Shown piece after piece: positions 38,628 to 48,029 of a DNA stretch of 64,000 nt (positions within the stretch are counted from its first letter, which is position 1; every line of letters begins with the position of its first letter). Position numbers and translations under genes: made by a program. Source of the DNA: Oscillospiraceae bacterium (GTDB taxonomy: Bacteria; Bacillota; Clostridia; Oscillospirales; CAG-272). The notes under the pieces are model-generated. The model was not told where the DNA came from, searched no databases, and worked only from the letters and a program-made list of their open reading frames with translations. The stretch covers positions 13,564 to 77,563 of the forward strand of contig SVSJ01000001.1 in assembly GCA_015064355.1 (NCBI GenBank), written 5' to 3'.

Positions 38628-39316
38628 TAATTATCTCCGTTAGTTTTAATTATTTCGTTAACACGTCCGGTGAATTCACGCATTGCACGTCCTCTGTGCG
38701 ATACAGAGTTCTTTTTATCACCGGGGATCTCGGCAAATGTCTGGTCAAATTCTGAATAGTGGAACAAGGAATCGTAACCAAATCCACCGGTGCCACGTTC
38801 TTCAAATAAAATAGTACCTTGGCATTCACCGCGCACGACCATTGCACGTTCAGCGGGAATTCCGGACTTCTTCGAGAGCGTATCTGAAATTCTCCACTCT
38901 TCTTTTATAGTAAGACCAGAATTTTCAGGCAGTACAAATGCAGCAACGCAAACAAACTTCGCGCTTCTCTTCTCTTCCGGTACGCCGTCAAGTTCTTTTA
39001 GCAGCTTCTTTCGATTGCCCTCATCGGTTGCGCCTTCGCCGGAATATCTTGCGGAGTAAATTCCGGGAGCACCGTTCAAATAGTCAACGGCAAGACCTGA
39101 ATCGTCTGCAATACCGATATATCCGAGCTTGGCGGGGGTGACTGCCTTGATTAGCGCGTTTTCTTCAAAGGAATCACCGTCTTCGATGATTTCATCGGTA
39201 TAACCGATGTCCTTTAAAGATACAACCTTTATCGATTCAGTTGCACCGGTTGTGAACAAAGTTTCAAGCTCTGCAATTTTTTTCTTATTATTAGAGGCAA
39301 GAACAAAACTAATCAT
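38627..39316 (-). CDS. rdgB: Non-canonical purine NTP pyrophosphatase (RdgB/HAM1)
   Basis: ASNNKKK, ENALIKA, ADDSGL, PGIYSARY, GFGYD, KN..SHR. Confidence 0.95.
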   Translation of the reverse strand: MISFVLASNNKKKIAELETLFTTGATESIKVVSLKDIGYTDEIIEDGDSFEENALIKAVTPAKLGYIGIADDSGLAVDYLNGAPGIYSARYSGEGATDEGNRKKLLKELDGVPEEKRSAKFVCVAAFVLPENSGLTIKEEWRISDTLSKKSGIPAERAMVVRGECQGTILFEERGTGGFGYDSLFHYSEFDQTFAEIPGDKKNSVSHRGRAMREFTGRVNEIIKTNGDN

Positions 39317-40260
39317 CAGTCATTATCCTCTTCATAAGCTGCTTCGTCAATATCTTCGCCAAGCAATGCATCAACAAACATTTTCGCATCAAAAGGCTTC
39401 ATGTCGTCGATCTGCTCCCCAACACCGATAAACTTAACGGGAATATCAACCTCGCTCTTGATTGAGAACACAGCACCACCTTTTGCTGTGCCGTCGAGTT
39501 TGGTTAATACAAGGCCTGTGATTTCAGCGGCTTCTTTGAATTTCTTAGCCTGCATAACAGCGTTCTGACCCGTTGTAGAGTCTAAAACAAGGAGGGTTTC
39601 TCGGGCCGCATCAGGAAGCTCACGAGAGATGATTCTGTTAATTTTCGCAAGCTCGTCCATAAGATTGCTCTTGTTGTGGAGACGGCCGGCTGTGTCGATA
39701 ATAAGAACGTCAGCGTTTCTCTTGTTTGCAGCTGCAATAGCGTCAAACACAACAGACGCAGGGTCGGAGCCTTCGTTCTGGCGTATAAGTTCAACACCTG
39801 CTCTATCGCACCAAATTGCAAGCTGCTCGATTGCAGCAGCTCTGAATGTGTCAGCAGCCGCAACGATGACTTTCTTGCCTGATTTCTTTAAGTTGTTGGC
39901 GATCTTACCTATTGAAGTGGTTTTGCCAACACCGTTGACTCCGATAACCAGAATTACAGAAGGTGAAGTTGAGAGATTGAGGGGCTGGCCTTCGCCTACC
40001 TGTTCGGTGAGGATCTGACACAACACATTCTTAACCTCTTCTGAATCTTTAATATTATCAGTTTTGATTCTGTCTCGAAGCTCGTCCAAAACTCTTTCAG
40101 TTGTTGGCGCACCCATATCGGACATTATCATAATTTCTTCCAGTTCTTCCAGAAGATCCTCATCAACTCGTCTGAAGCTTTTAACAACTTCATTCATCTG
40201 GCCCACAAAGGCATCTTTCGTCTTTAAAAGACCTTCTTTAAGTTTATTGAAAAATCCCAT
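39316..40260 (-). CDS. ftsY: Signal recognition particle receptor
   Basis: GVNGVGKTT, DTFRAAA, DTAGR, TKLDGTAKGG. Confidence 0.97.
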   Translation of the reverse strand: MGFFNKLKEGLLKTKDAFVGQMNEVVKSFRRVDEDLLEELEEIMIMSDMGAPTTERVLDELRDRIKTDNIKDSEEVKNVLCQILTEQVGEGQPLNLSTSPSVILVIGVNGVGKTTSIGKIANNLKKSGKKVIVAAADTFRAAAIEQLAIWCDRAGVELIRQNEGSDPASVVFDAIAAANKRNADVLIIDTAGRLHNKSNLMDELAKINRIISRELPDAARETLLVLDSTTGQNAVMQAKKFKEAAEITGLVLTKLDGTAKGGAVFSIKSEVDIPVKFIGVGEQIDDMKPFDAKMFVDALLGEDIDEAAYEEDND

Positions 40261-40275
40261 AGTTACCTCTATTAA

Positions 40276-43200
40276 TTATTTAAGAAGAGCTTCTCCATCC
40301 TCGTTGGAGTTAAGCGTAAATACCTTGGACACACCGCTCTGCTGCATTGTTACACCGTAGAGAGTGTCGGCAATATCCATAGTTCCGCGACGGTGGGAGA
40401 TCATGATGATCTGCATCTCGTCAGAGTATTTTTTTACGTAGCGGCCGACTCTCGTAACGTTAACCTCGTCGAGAGCCGCCTCTATTTCGTCGAAGATACA
40501 GAACGGGGACGGATTTACCTTTATAAGAGCAAACAGCAGTGCGATTGCAATAAATGCCTGCTCACCACCGGAAAGAAGATTAAGATTCTTAATAGTTTTT
40601 CCGGGAGGAGCTGCGTTGATCTCAATACCTGACTCAAGTGCATTTTCGGGATCGGTAAGACGAACCTCAGCGTGTCCACCTCCGAACAATTCGCGGAATA
40701 CCTCGCCAAAGTATGTATTGATCTTGGCAAATGCCTCAAGGAAGATCTGCTTCATTTCTTCTTCGATGCCGTTTAAGATCTTAATAAGGTCTTCCTTTGA
40801 TGCGCGAAGGTCAGTAAGTTGTGCGTTGATATATTCGTAGCGAGCCTTAACCTCAACGTACTCCTCAATGGCGTCAACATTTACGTGTCCAAGACCTCTT
40901 ATCTTATTACGCAGCTCTGTCTGCTTAGCCACAAATGATGTTCTTTCGCCGTCAACGATCACATGGCAGTCGTTCTCTTCCGCAAACTTTGCGGCTGCTG
41001 CAAATGTAAGCTCATAGTCATCCCACATCTTTGCGCTCAGCTTTTCCTCATCTTCACGAAGTGAAACCAGCTTATTCTGATTCTTGGAGTGGGCAATGAA
41101 AATTACTTCTTTCTTTGCTGTCTGCTCTTTTTCAGCGTGACGAAGCTTTGATATTTCAGCCTCGATTTCATCCCCTGCCTCGTCAAGAAGTCTCTGACGT
41201 TCAGTAAGAGATGCGATCTTATCTCTAAAGTCGTCAGCTTCTTTAAGCTTTGTATCAGCGTTCATCGAAAGGGATTCAATGGAACTTGCAAGAGCGGCAA
41301 TGGTCTCATTGTGCGCCTTAATATCATTGGAGAAACCGTTAAATCTTTCGTTAGTCTCAAACAAAGATACTTCAGCAGCTTCACGGTCTCTGAGAAGTTC
41401 GGCAAGAACTATTCGCTGTTCGTTTGATTCTTCTGTGAGTTCTGCGATCTTGAGTTCAAGTTCACCGCGCTCCACAGCGATTGCATCTCTCTCATCAGAA
41501 AGCCGGCAGATCAGCTCAGACTGTGCAGCAATTAACTGCTCCAGTTTATCGAGATCGTCAGAACTGCGTGCGTTGCTTTCAATGAGGCTCTTGGTATCAG
41601 CTCTCATATTATCAACGAGCTCGGCAAGGGCTTTTCTCTTACCGTCAACGTCGCTATAGCTCTTGGTTTCGGCAGAAATAAGAGCTTCGATAAGTCCCCT
41701 GCGTTCCTCGTCACTTGCTGTTTCCGAAGCAATTGCTGAAATTTCCGCCTTTGCAGCCTTTGCCTCATTCTGGATATCAGAAAGTTCTGCAAAAGCAATG
41801 TCTCTTTCCTTTTTCAGAGAGTCAATCTGTGCAGTACGTGACAGCATTCCGCTCTCACGCTTAGTCTGACCACCGGTAAAAGAACCGCCTGCGTTGATCT
41901 GCTGTCCGTCGAGAGTAACACAGCGTATCTTCCAATTCTTTGCGCGGGCAGCTTCTGTGGCATTCTCAAGATTATCATAAACCGCAACTCTTGCGAGAAG
42001 TGATTTAACGATGCTTTTGTATTCGTTATCACAGCTTACAAGCTCATCCCCCCAGCCGATGAAGCCTTTTGTCTTCTCAAGGCCGTCATACTCTTTGCCG
42101 CGTTCCTGAGGGCGGATCGTTGTGAGTGGGTAGAACGTAGCTCGACCTGCGTTATTGCGCTTCAGAGCCTCTATGGAGCGTTTAGCGGCGTTTTCGTCGT
42201 CAGTAACGATATTCTGCATAGCCGCACCAAGAGAAGTTTCTATCGCAACAATATATTTATCTGCAACTTTGATAAGATATGACAGAGGGCCTCTGATTCC
42301 GGAGAGTCTGCCTTCCTTGGATTCACTCATAACGAATCTGATACTGTTGTTATATCCGTCGAAATGCTCCTGCATTCTTGAAAGTGCGGATATACGGCTA
42401 TCGAGAGAATCGAGCTCTGCTTGTTTTCTTCTTTCATGTGCTTCGATCTCTTCGTATTTTTCTCCAAGTTCCCGGATCTTTTCGTTAACTCCGCCGATCT
42501 TATCATTGATTTCGTCAACAACTGCTTTATAATTGTCGATTTGCTTAAGAGCCGCATCCGCAAGCTTATCGAGAGAAGCGATCTCTTCTTCATACTTCTG
42601 AATATCGGAGTTGATAGACTCAGTGCGGTGCTTCTGGTTGCTGATATTGCTCTCAAGAACGTTAAGGCGCACCTTGAGATCTGTAAGCATGTTCTCGGCA
42701 GACTGTTTATTTAGAAGCAGCTCCTCGAGAGTCTGTGTCTTCTCTGCAATCGCTGTATCGAGTTCTCCAATATCATTAGTAAGTAAATCGAACTTGCTTT
42801 TAGCAGAATCATAGTTTGAATTAATTTCTTCAAGCTTAATTCTCAAGTTAGAGAGACGTTCGGATTCATATGCACAAGCTTTTTCGGATGCTTCAAGAAG
42901 TCTCTTTTCGGTTTCAAGATTCTTTTCCGAATTAAGGCGCTCCTTTGCAAGAACCTTACTTTCGGATTCGGAGGAATGCATTAATTTCGTCGCTTCGGTC
43001 GTTTCGTCATAATTGCGGCGAGATGCTTCTTTATTGCTGCGAGACTGCTCGTAAAGACGCTCAATTTTCGCGGAAGTTGCATTGATAGAGTCATCAGCCA
43101 TTTCAAGCTCGTGAGCAGAAATGTTAGTATCACTCTCCGCCTTTTCAATAGCATTCTTCAGGCGAACAGAATCGTACATCCACAGTGATACGTCTGTTTT

Positions 43201-43875
43201 CTTCTTTTCGCCGTAAAGCTCGAGATATCGTCTTGCCTTTTCGGAATCTCTTTCAAGTGGGCCGATTCTCATGGAAAGCTCGCGCTCGATATCACTGACA
43301 CGATCCATGTTTGCCTCTGTTTCTTTAAGACGCTTTTCGGATTCGTTTTTCTTATATCTGAACTTTGCGATACCGGCACTTTCTTCAAATACTGCTCTGC
43401 GGTCTTCACTCTTTTTAGAGATGATCTCCGCAATCTTACCCTGGCCGATAATAGAATAACCCTCACGGCCAATACCGGTGTTCATAAACAGCTCATAGAT
43501 ATCCTTGAGACGGACTTTCTTTCTGTTAATAAAATATACACTTTCACCGCTTCTGTAATATCTACGTGTTACTGTTACTTCATCATAATCTGACTGAAGA
43601 GTTTTATTTTCACCGCTATTATCAAATGTAACGGATACTTCAGCAAAGCTCATGGGCTTTTTATCGCTGGCGCCGGCGAAAATTACGTCTTCCATTTTGC
43701 TACCGCGGATGTTTCTTGATGACAGCTCACCAAGAACCCATCTCATAGCGTCGGTAATATTTGACTTGCCACTACCGTTGGGACCGACGATTACAGTTGC
43801 GCCACTATTAAATTTGAGGACAGTGCGTTCGGGGAAAGATTTAAACCCGTGTAACTCAAGTGATTTTAAGTACAA
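40276..43875 (-). CDS. smc: Chromosome segregation protein SMC
   Basis: GFKSF, GPNGSGKS, coiled coils, hinge GRATF, LSGGE, DEIEAALD; TTG start. Confidence 0.97.
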   Translation of the reverse strand: MYLKSLELHGFKSFPERTVLKFNSGATVIVGPNGSGKSNITDAMRWVLGELSSRNIRGSKMEDVIFAGASDKKPMSFAEVSVTFDNSGENKTLQSDYDEVTVTRRYYRSGESVYFINRKKVRLKDIYELFMNTGIGREGYSIIGQGKIAEIISKKSEDRRAVFEESAGIAKFRYKKNESEKRLKETEANMDRVSDIERELSMRIGPLERDSEKARRYLELYGEKKKTDVSLWMYDSVRLKNAIEKAESDTNISAHELEMADDSINATSAKIERLYEQSRSNKEASRRNYDETTEATKLMHSSESESKVLAKERLNSEKNLETEKRLLEASEKACAYESERLSNLRIKLEEINSNYDSAKSKFDLLTNDIGELDTAIAEKTQTLEELLLNKQSAENMLTDLKVRLNVLESNISNQKHRTESINSDIQKYEEEIASLDKLADAALKQIDNYKAVVDEINDKIGGVNEKIRELGEKYEEIEAHERRKQAELDSLDSRISALSRMQEHFDGYNNSIRFVMSESKEGRLSGIRGPLSYLIKVADKYIVAIETSLGAAMQNIVTDDENAAKRSIEALKRNNAGRATFYPLTTIRPQERGKEYDGLEKTKGFIGWGDELVSCDNEYKSIVKSLLARVAVYDNLENATEAARAKNWKIRCVTLDGQQINAGGSFTGGQTKRESGMLSRTAQIDSLKKERDIAFAELSDIQNEAKAAKAEISAIASETASDEERRGLIEALISAETKSYSDVDGKRKALAELVDNMRADTKSLIESNARSSDDLDKLEQLIAAQSELICRLSDERDAIAVERGELELKIAELTEESNEQRIVLAELLRDREAAEVSLFETNERFNGFSNDIKAHNETIAALASSIESLSMNADTKLKEADDFRDKIASLTERQRLLDEAGDEIEAEISKLRHAEKEQTAKKEVIFIAHSKNQNKLVSLREDEEKLSAKMWDDYELTFAAAAKFAEENDCHVIVDGERTSFVAKQTELRNKIRGLGHVNVDAIEEYVEVKARYEYINAQLTDLRASKEDLIKILNGIEEEMKQIFLEAFAKINTYFGEVFRELFGGGHAEVRLTDPENALESGIEINAAPPGKTIKNLNLLSGGEQAFIAIALLFALIKVNPSPFCIFDEIEAALDEVNVTRVGRYVKKYSDEMQIIMISHRRGTMDIADTLYGVTMQQSGVSKVFTLNSNEDGEALLK

Positions 43876-43895
43876 TTCCCTTTTCCTCCAGTTTT

Positions 43896-44915
43896 CTAAT
43901 TAAATTCCAACATTATATTATACCGCATATCTGTCGGATTTTCAATAAATTTTACGTTATTAATTTGATATTTATCTTTTAATCTAATAATATTTCTTCG
44001 ATTTTGCCCTACTACAGTTGATATTCTGCCCTTTGGCACATGTAAAGTTAAATTCCCCCTGTTTTCTTCAAGCCGCTCATCAAGTTCCCGTGAGATAATT
44101 CTGTAGAAGACTTCACTGTAGACAAGTTCCCCAAGAGATGGGTGGTTTGGTCCTGCAAAGTACGACTTATCAGAGTGTAGATTGTCGCTTTCACACAAGC
44201 CGATGCGAAGACAGTCAACATCATTCTTAATAAACACTTCAAGAACGGTAGCACTACGATTGACGGCTTCGTCGAGGGTCAGAGGCACATATTCCCCACG
44301 CTGTGTCATTTCACAGAGTTCCGTTTCCTTGAAAACAATCGTTGGGTATATTCTTGCCCCTTTCGCTCCGCAAGAGCATATCTCAGTTGCGCATGAGATT
44401 TCATCTTCAAGAGTTGCACCGGGTAGTCCAATCATCATTTGTCCTACAGAATCTATGCCTGCTTCGTTTAGCAAGGAAAAAGCTTCTCTCGTGATATGGG
44501 CACAGTGGCCGCGTTTGCATTTGGTGAGCACAGAATCCGAGAAAGATTGTACACCAAGCTCCACCGCAGAAACTGTATATTTCTTAAGAATATCAATAAT
44601 TTCACTATTAATATAATCAGGACGAGTGGACATTCTGATGCCGCTTACTTTTCCAAGGTCAACGTATGACTGTGCCAAATCAAGTAGATCTATCATCAGA
44701 TTTCGATCGATGCCCGTGAATGACCCGCCGAAGAAAGCAATTTCACACTCAACATTGTCAGCAATAGTTGATAAAACAGTCTCAATCTGCTCTTTTGCAG
44801 TCTCCTGATAAAAATGCGAAACGCCCGATATGGCGCGCTGATTACAAAACACACACATATTCGGGCATCCGAGGTGTGGAATAAACACCGGTATATTTAC
44901 ATGATTACGTTTCAT
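43896..44915 (-). CDS. Radical SAM protein (Elp3-like), typical of the rnc-smc interval
   Basis: CPNMCVFC (CxxxCxxC), FFGGSFT, STRPD, ELGVQS, RGH, RIYP. Confidence 0.88.
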   Translation of the reverse strand: MKRNHVNIPVFIPHLGCPNMCVFCNQRAISGVSHFYQETAKEQIETVLSTIADNVECEIAFFGGSFTGIDRNLMIDLLDLAQSYVDLGKVSGIRMSTRPDYINSEIIDILKKYTVSAVELGVQSFSDSVLTKCKRGHCAHITREAFSLLNEAGIDSVGQMMIGLPGATLEDEISCATEICSCGAKGARIYPTIVFKETELCEMTQRGEYVPLTLDEAVNRSATVLEVFIKNDVDCLRIGLCESDNLHSDKSYFAGPNHPSLGELVYSEVFYRIISRELDERLEENRGNLTLHVPKGRISTVVGQNRRNIIRLKDKYQINNVKFIENPTDMRYNIMLEFN

Positions 44916-45634
44916 TCTGAAAGCTCACCGAATAAGATAAGAGCCTCGTGAGCAGCGTGTTGCTCTGCCTCACGTTTGGATTTCGCGCAACCATGACCAA
45001 TTACGTTGCTGTTTAGCCTTGCCTCGACCTTAAACTTTTTGTTGTGATCAGGACCCTCTTCTGCAACAAGAACATACTCAAGAATCTCACCATTCACCTG
45101 TTGAACGATCTGCTGAAGCGTTGTTTTATAATCAACAAACACGCCTTTTTCCGAGATATGCTTGATTTCGGCCTCAATAAACGGAAGAAGAAAATGCTCC
45201 ACAACGCCGAATGATTCACCTGTATCCAGATAAATAGCAGCTATAAGAGCTTCAAATGCATCGGCAATGATTGAAGGACGGTTTCTGCCGTTATTCAATA
45301 TTTCACCGTGCCCAAGGTACATATAGCTTCCGAGATCAATGTTAGAGGCGAATTTTGCCAGTGCTTTCTCGCATACAACAGCTGCTCTTATTTTTGTGAG
45401 GTCTCCCTCTTGTTTGTTCCTATACTTCTCAAAAATATAAGAGCTTACAACAACAGAGAGAACAGAGTCACCTAAAAATTCAAGTCTTTCATTGAAAAAA
45501 ACTCGTTCGCCTTTTGACTTCATCTCATTTGAATATGATGAATGAGTCAAGGCCTCTTTTAATATGTTCTTGTTTTTAAAAATATGGCCTATTTTATTTT
45601 CAAGTTCAGTTATCGGTCTTTGTTCGTTGTTCAT
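44912..45634 (-). CDS. rnc: Ribonuclease III
   Basis: ALTHSS, NERLEFLGD, ADAFEA, dsRBD (DYKTTLQ..GPDH..SKREAEQ). Confidence 0.97.
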   Translation of the reverse strand: MNNEQRPITELENKIGHIFKNKNILKEALTHSSYSNEMKSKGERVFFNERLEFLGDSVLSVVVSSYIFEKYRNKQEGDLTKIRAAVVCEKALAKFASNIDLGSYMYLGHGEILNNGRNRPSIIADAFEALIAAIYLDTGESFGVVEHFLLPFIEAEIKHISEKGVFVDYKTTLQQIVQQVNGEILEYVLVAEEGPDHNKKFKVEARLNSNVIGHGCAKSKREAEQHAAHEALILFGELSE

Positions 45635-45672
45635 AACTGTCCCCCTGCTTTGTGTTAAAATAGCATAAATGA

Positions 45673-46680
45673 TTAATTATTTTCGTCTGTCTCTTTCTTT
45701 TCTGCCATTGCGACGGAAATCTCGCCGATCACACCGGTTTCCACGAATGTAGCAGCCTGTCGTACAGCATTCATGATTGCTCTTGCATCAGAACTGCCGT
45801 GTGCTTTGATTACGGGCTTCTGGAGCCCAAGAAGAGGCGCTCCGCCATATTCAGAGGCATCAAAGGTTTTCTTGAAGCCTTTGAGTTGATCCTTCATTGC
45901 AATAAATGACATTTTCGTAAGTGCATTTTTTGTAAACATTCCCTTGAGTGCAGAGAATACAAATGAACCCATGCCTTCAAGAAGCTTGAGTGTTACGTTC
46001 CCTGTAAAGCCGTCTGTAACAAGTACATCACAAGGTCCGAAAGGAAGCTGTTTGCCTTCTATATTACCAACAAAGTTGATATTTTCATTGTCTTTCAGCA
46101 ATTTGTATGCGTCGATCTGTATCTGCGTACCCTTATGCTCCTCGGTTCCGTTGTTAAGAAGACCTACCGCGGGACTATCAATGCCGTGAACGTTCTTCAT
46201 ATAAATTGAGCCCATAACTGCCCACTGAGCAAGATAATTTGCGGTAACATTTACGTTTGCACCGCAGTCCATCATCAAAATAGGCTTTGCAAAAGGTAAA
46301 ATTGTTGCGATTCCGGATCTCTGAACGCCCTTAACTGAACGAATGATAAGAGAAGAACCTGCGTGAAGTGCGCCTGTATTTCCGGCTGATACGAAAGCAT
46401 CACCGTTGGTTTTCAGAAGATTAAGGCCAACCGACATTGATGAATCCTTTTTTGAACGAACAACGCAGATGGGATCGTCTTCCATTGTAATATATGTATC
46501 GGTATGTACTATTTCAAACTTGCTTGGGTCAGCATTATTCTCTCTCAATATGTTCTCAATTTGTTCTTTGTTACCGACAAGAACTATATCGTGAGTGAAC
46601 TTTTCAGAGGCGAGAATGGCTCCTTTAACTATTTCTTCAGGTGCGTTATCGCCACCCATTGCATCAATAATTATTCTCAT
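45673..46680 (-). CDS. plsX: Phosphate acyltransferase
   Basis: DAMGGD.AP, SAGNTGA, DCGAN, DGFTGN, KAHGSS. ATG 46680 follows AAGGAG. Confidence 0.96.
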   Translation of the reverse strand: MRIIIDAMGGDNAPEEIVKGAILASEKFTHDIVLVGNKEQIENILRENNADPSKFEIVHTDTYITMEDDPICVVRSKKDSSMSVGLNLLKTNGDAFVSAGNTGALHAGSSLIIRSVKGVQRSGIATILPFAKPILMMDCGANVNVTANYLAQWAVMGSIYMKNVHGIDSPAVGLLNNGTEEHKGTQIQIDAYKLLKDNENINFVGNIEGKQLPFGPCDVLVTDGFTGNVTLKLLEGMGSFVFSALKGMFTKNALTKMSFIAMKDQLKGFKKTFDASEYGGAPLLGLQKPVIKAHGSSDARAIMNAVRQAATFVETGVIGEISVAMAEKKETDENN

Positions 46681-46697
46681 TGGCAACTCCTTATATA

Positions 46698-48023
46698 TTA
46701 CAAATTTTCAAGTTTAGTCTTAATATCATCCGTTATAGCAAGGGCTCTAACAGCCAAAGCTTCGTTGCGTGCCTTCTTTCCGCCTTTGACTTTTTCGCTA
46801 AGCGCAGGCATAACACCAAAGTTAGCATTCATGGGCTGAAAAATGGTCTTATCACCGTGAGAAACATAGTATGCCATAGCACCCATCATCATTTCACGTG
46901 GGAAGACGAATGCGGGCTTGTCAAGTGCTCTCATCGCCGCGTTAACTCCGGCAACAAATCCTGATGCCGCGGATTCAATATATCCCTCAACTCCGGTCAT
47001 CTGGCCTGCGAAATAAATTTTGCCGTTTGATCTTAATGAGTAATCTGCGTCAAGTAGATCAGGTGAGCACATAAAGGTATTTCTGTGCATAACACCGTAG
47101 CGCAGAAAATCAGCGTTTTCCAGTCCGGGAATCATTCTGAACACACGCTTCTGCTCGCCCCAGGTAAGATGGGTCTGGAAGCCTACCAGGTTATACATGC
47201 TTCCCTCTTCGTTCTCTTTACGAAGCTGAACGATTGCGTAATATTCCTCACCTGTTTCAGGGTTCTTGATTCCGACAGGTTTCATAGGTCCGAACCTGAG
47301 AGTGTCTTCTCCCCGCTTTGCCATAACCTCAACGGGCATACAACCTTCAAAAACCTTAAGCTTATCGCCGGATTCAAAATCATGAAGCTTTGCTTCTTCA
47401 GCGTTAATAAGCTCTTTATAGAACGCCTTATATTCCGCTTCGTTCATCGGGCAATTAATATAGTCAGGCGTACCTTTATCATATCGAGATGCAAAGAAAG
47501 CCTTTGTCATATCAATTGATTCAAAATCAACAATAGGAGCAGCGGCGTCATAGAAATACAAGCTTTTCCCACCAATAATATCCTTGATTTCTTTTGCGAG
47601 GCCGTCAGATGTCAAGGGTCCGGTTGCAACAACAGTTATCTCATCCTCGGGAATGGATACCATTTCCTGCTCAATTACCGTAATATTGGGGTTAGAGCGG
47701 ATCTTCTCTGTGACATAGGCTGAAAACAAGTGTCTGTCAACAGCCAGAGCGCCGCCTGCGGCTACCTGAGTCGACTTTGCAGCTTCCATAATAATAGAAC
47801 CCATACGGAACATTTCTTCTTTAAGAAGTCCTGAGCCGTTTGTGAATTCAGCAGATCGCAAGGAGTTTGAGCAAACAAGCTCTGCAAATCCATCACTATG
47901 GTGTGCAGGAGACTTTTTGTTCGGCTTCATCTCATAAAGAGTTACGTGAACTCCAAGTTTGGCGGCTTGCCATGCAGCTTCACTACCGGCAAGACCCGCG
48001 CCATAAACATTGATATTTTTCAT
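46698..48023 (-). CDS. trmFO: FAD/folate-dependent tRNA (uracil-5)-methyltransferase
   Basis: [39 protein letters not shown]. Confidence 0.96.
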   Translation of the reverse strand: MKNINVYGAGLAGSEAAWQAAKLGVHVTLYEMKPNKKSPAHHSDGFAELVCSNSLRSAEFTNGSGLLKEEMFRMGSIIMEAAKSTQVAAGGALAVDRHLFSAYVTEKIRSNPNITVIEQEMVSIPEDEITVVATGPLTSDGLAKEIKDIIGGKSLYFYDAAAPIVDFESIDMTKAFFASRYDKGTPDYINCPMNEAEYKAFYKELINAEEAKLHDFESGDKLKVFEGCMPVEVMAKRGEDTLRFGPMKPVGIKNPETGEEYYAIVQLRKENEEGSMYNLVGFQTHLTWGEQKRVFRMIPGLENADFLRYGVMHRNTFMCSPDLLDADYSLRSNGKIYFAGQMTGVEGYIESAASGFVAGVNAAMRALDKPAFVFPREMMMGAMAYYVSHGDKTIFQPMNANFGVMPALSEKVKGGKKARNEALAVRALAITDDIKTKLENL

Positions 48024-48029
48024 AAGTTA

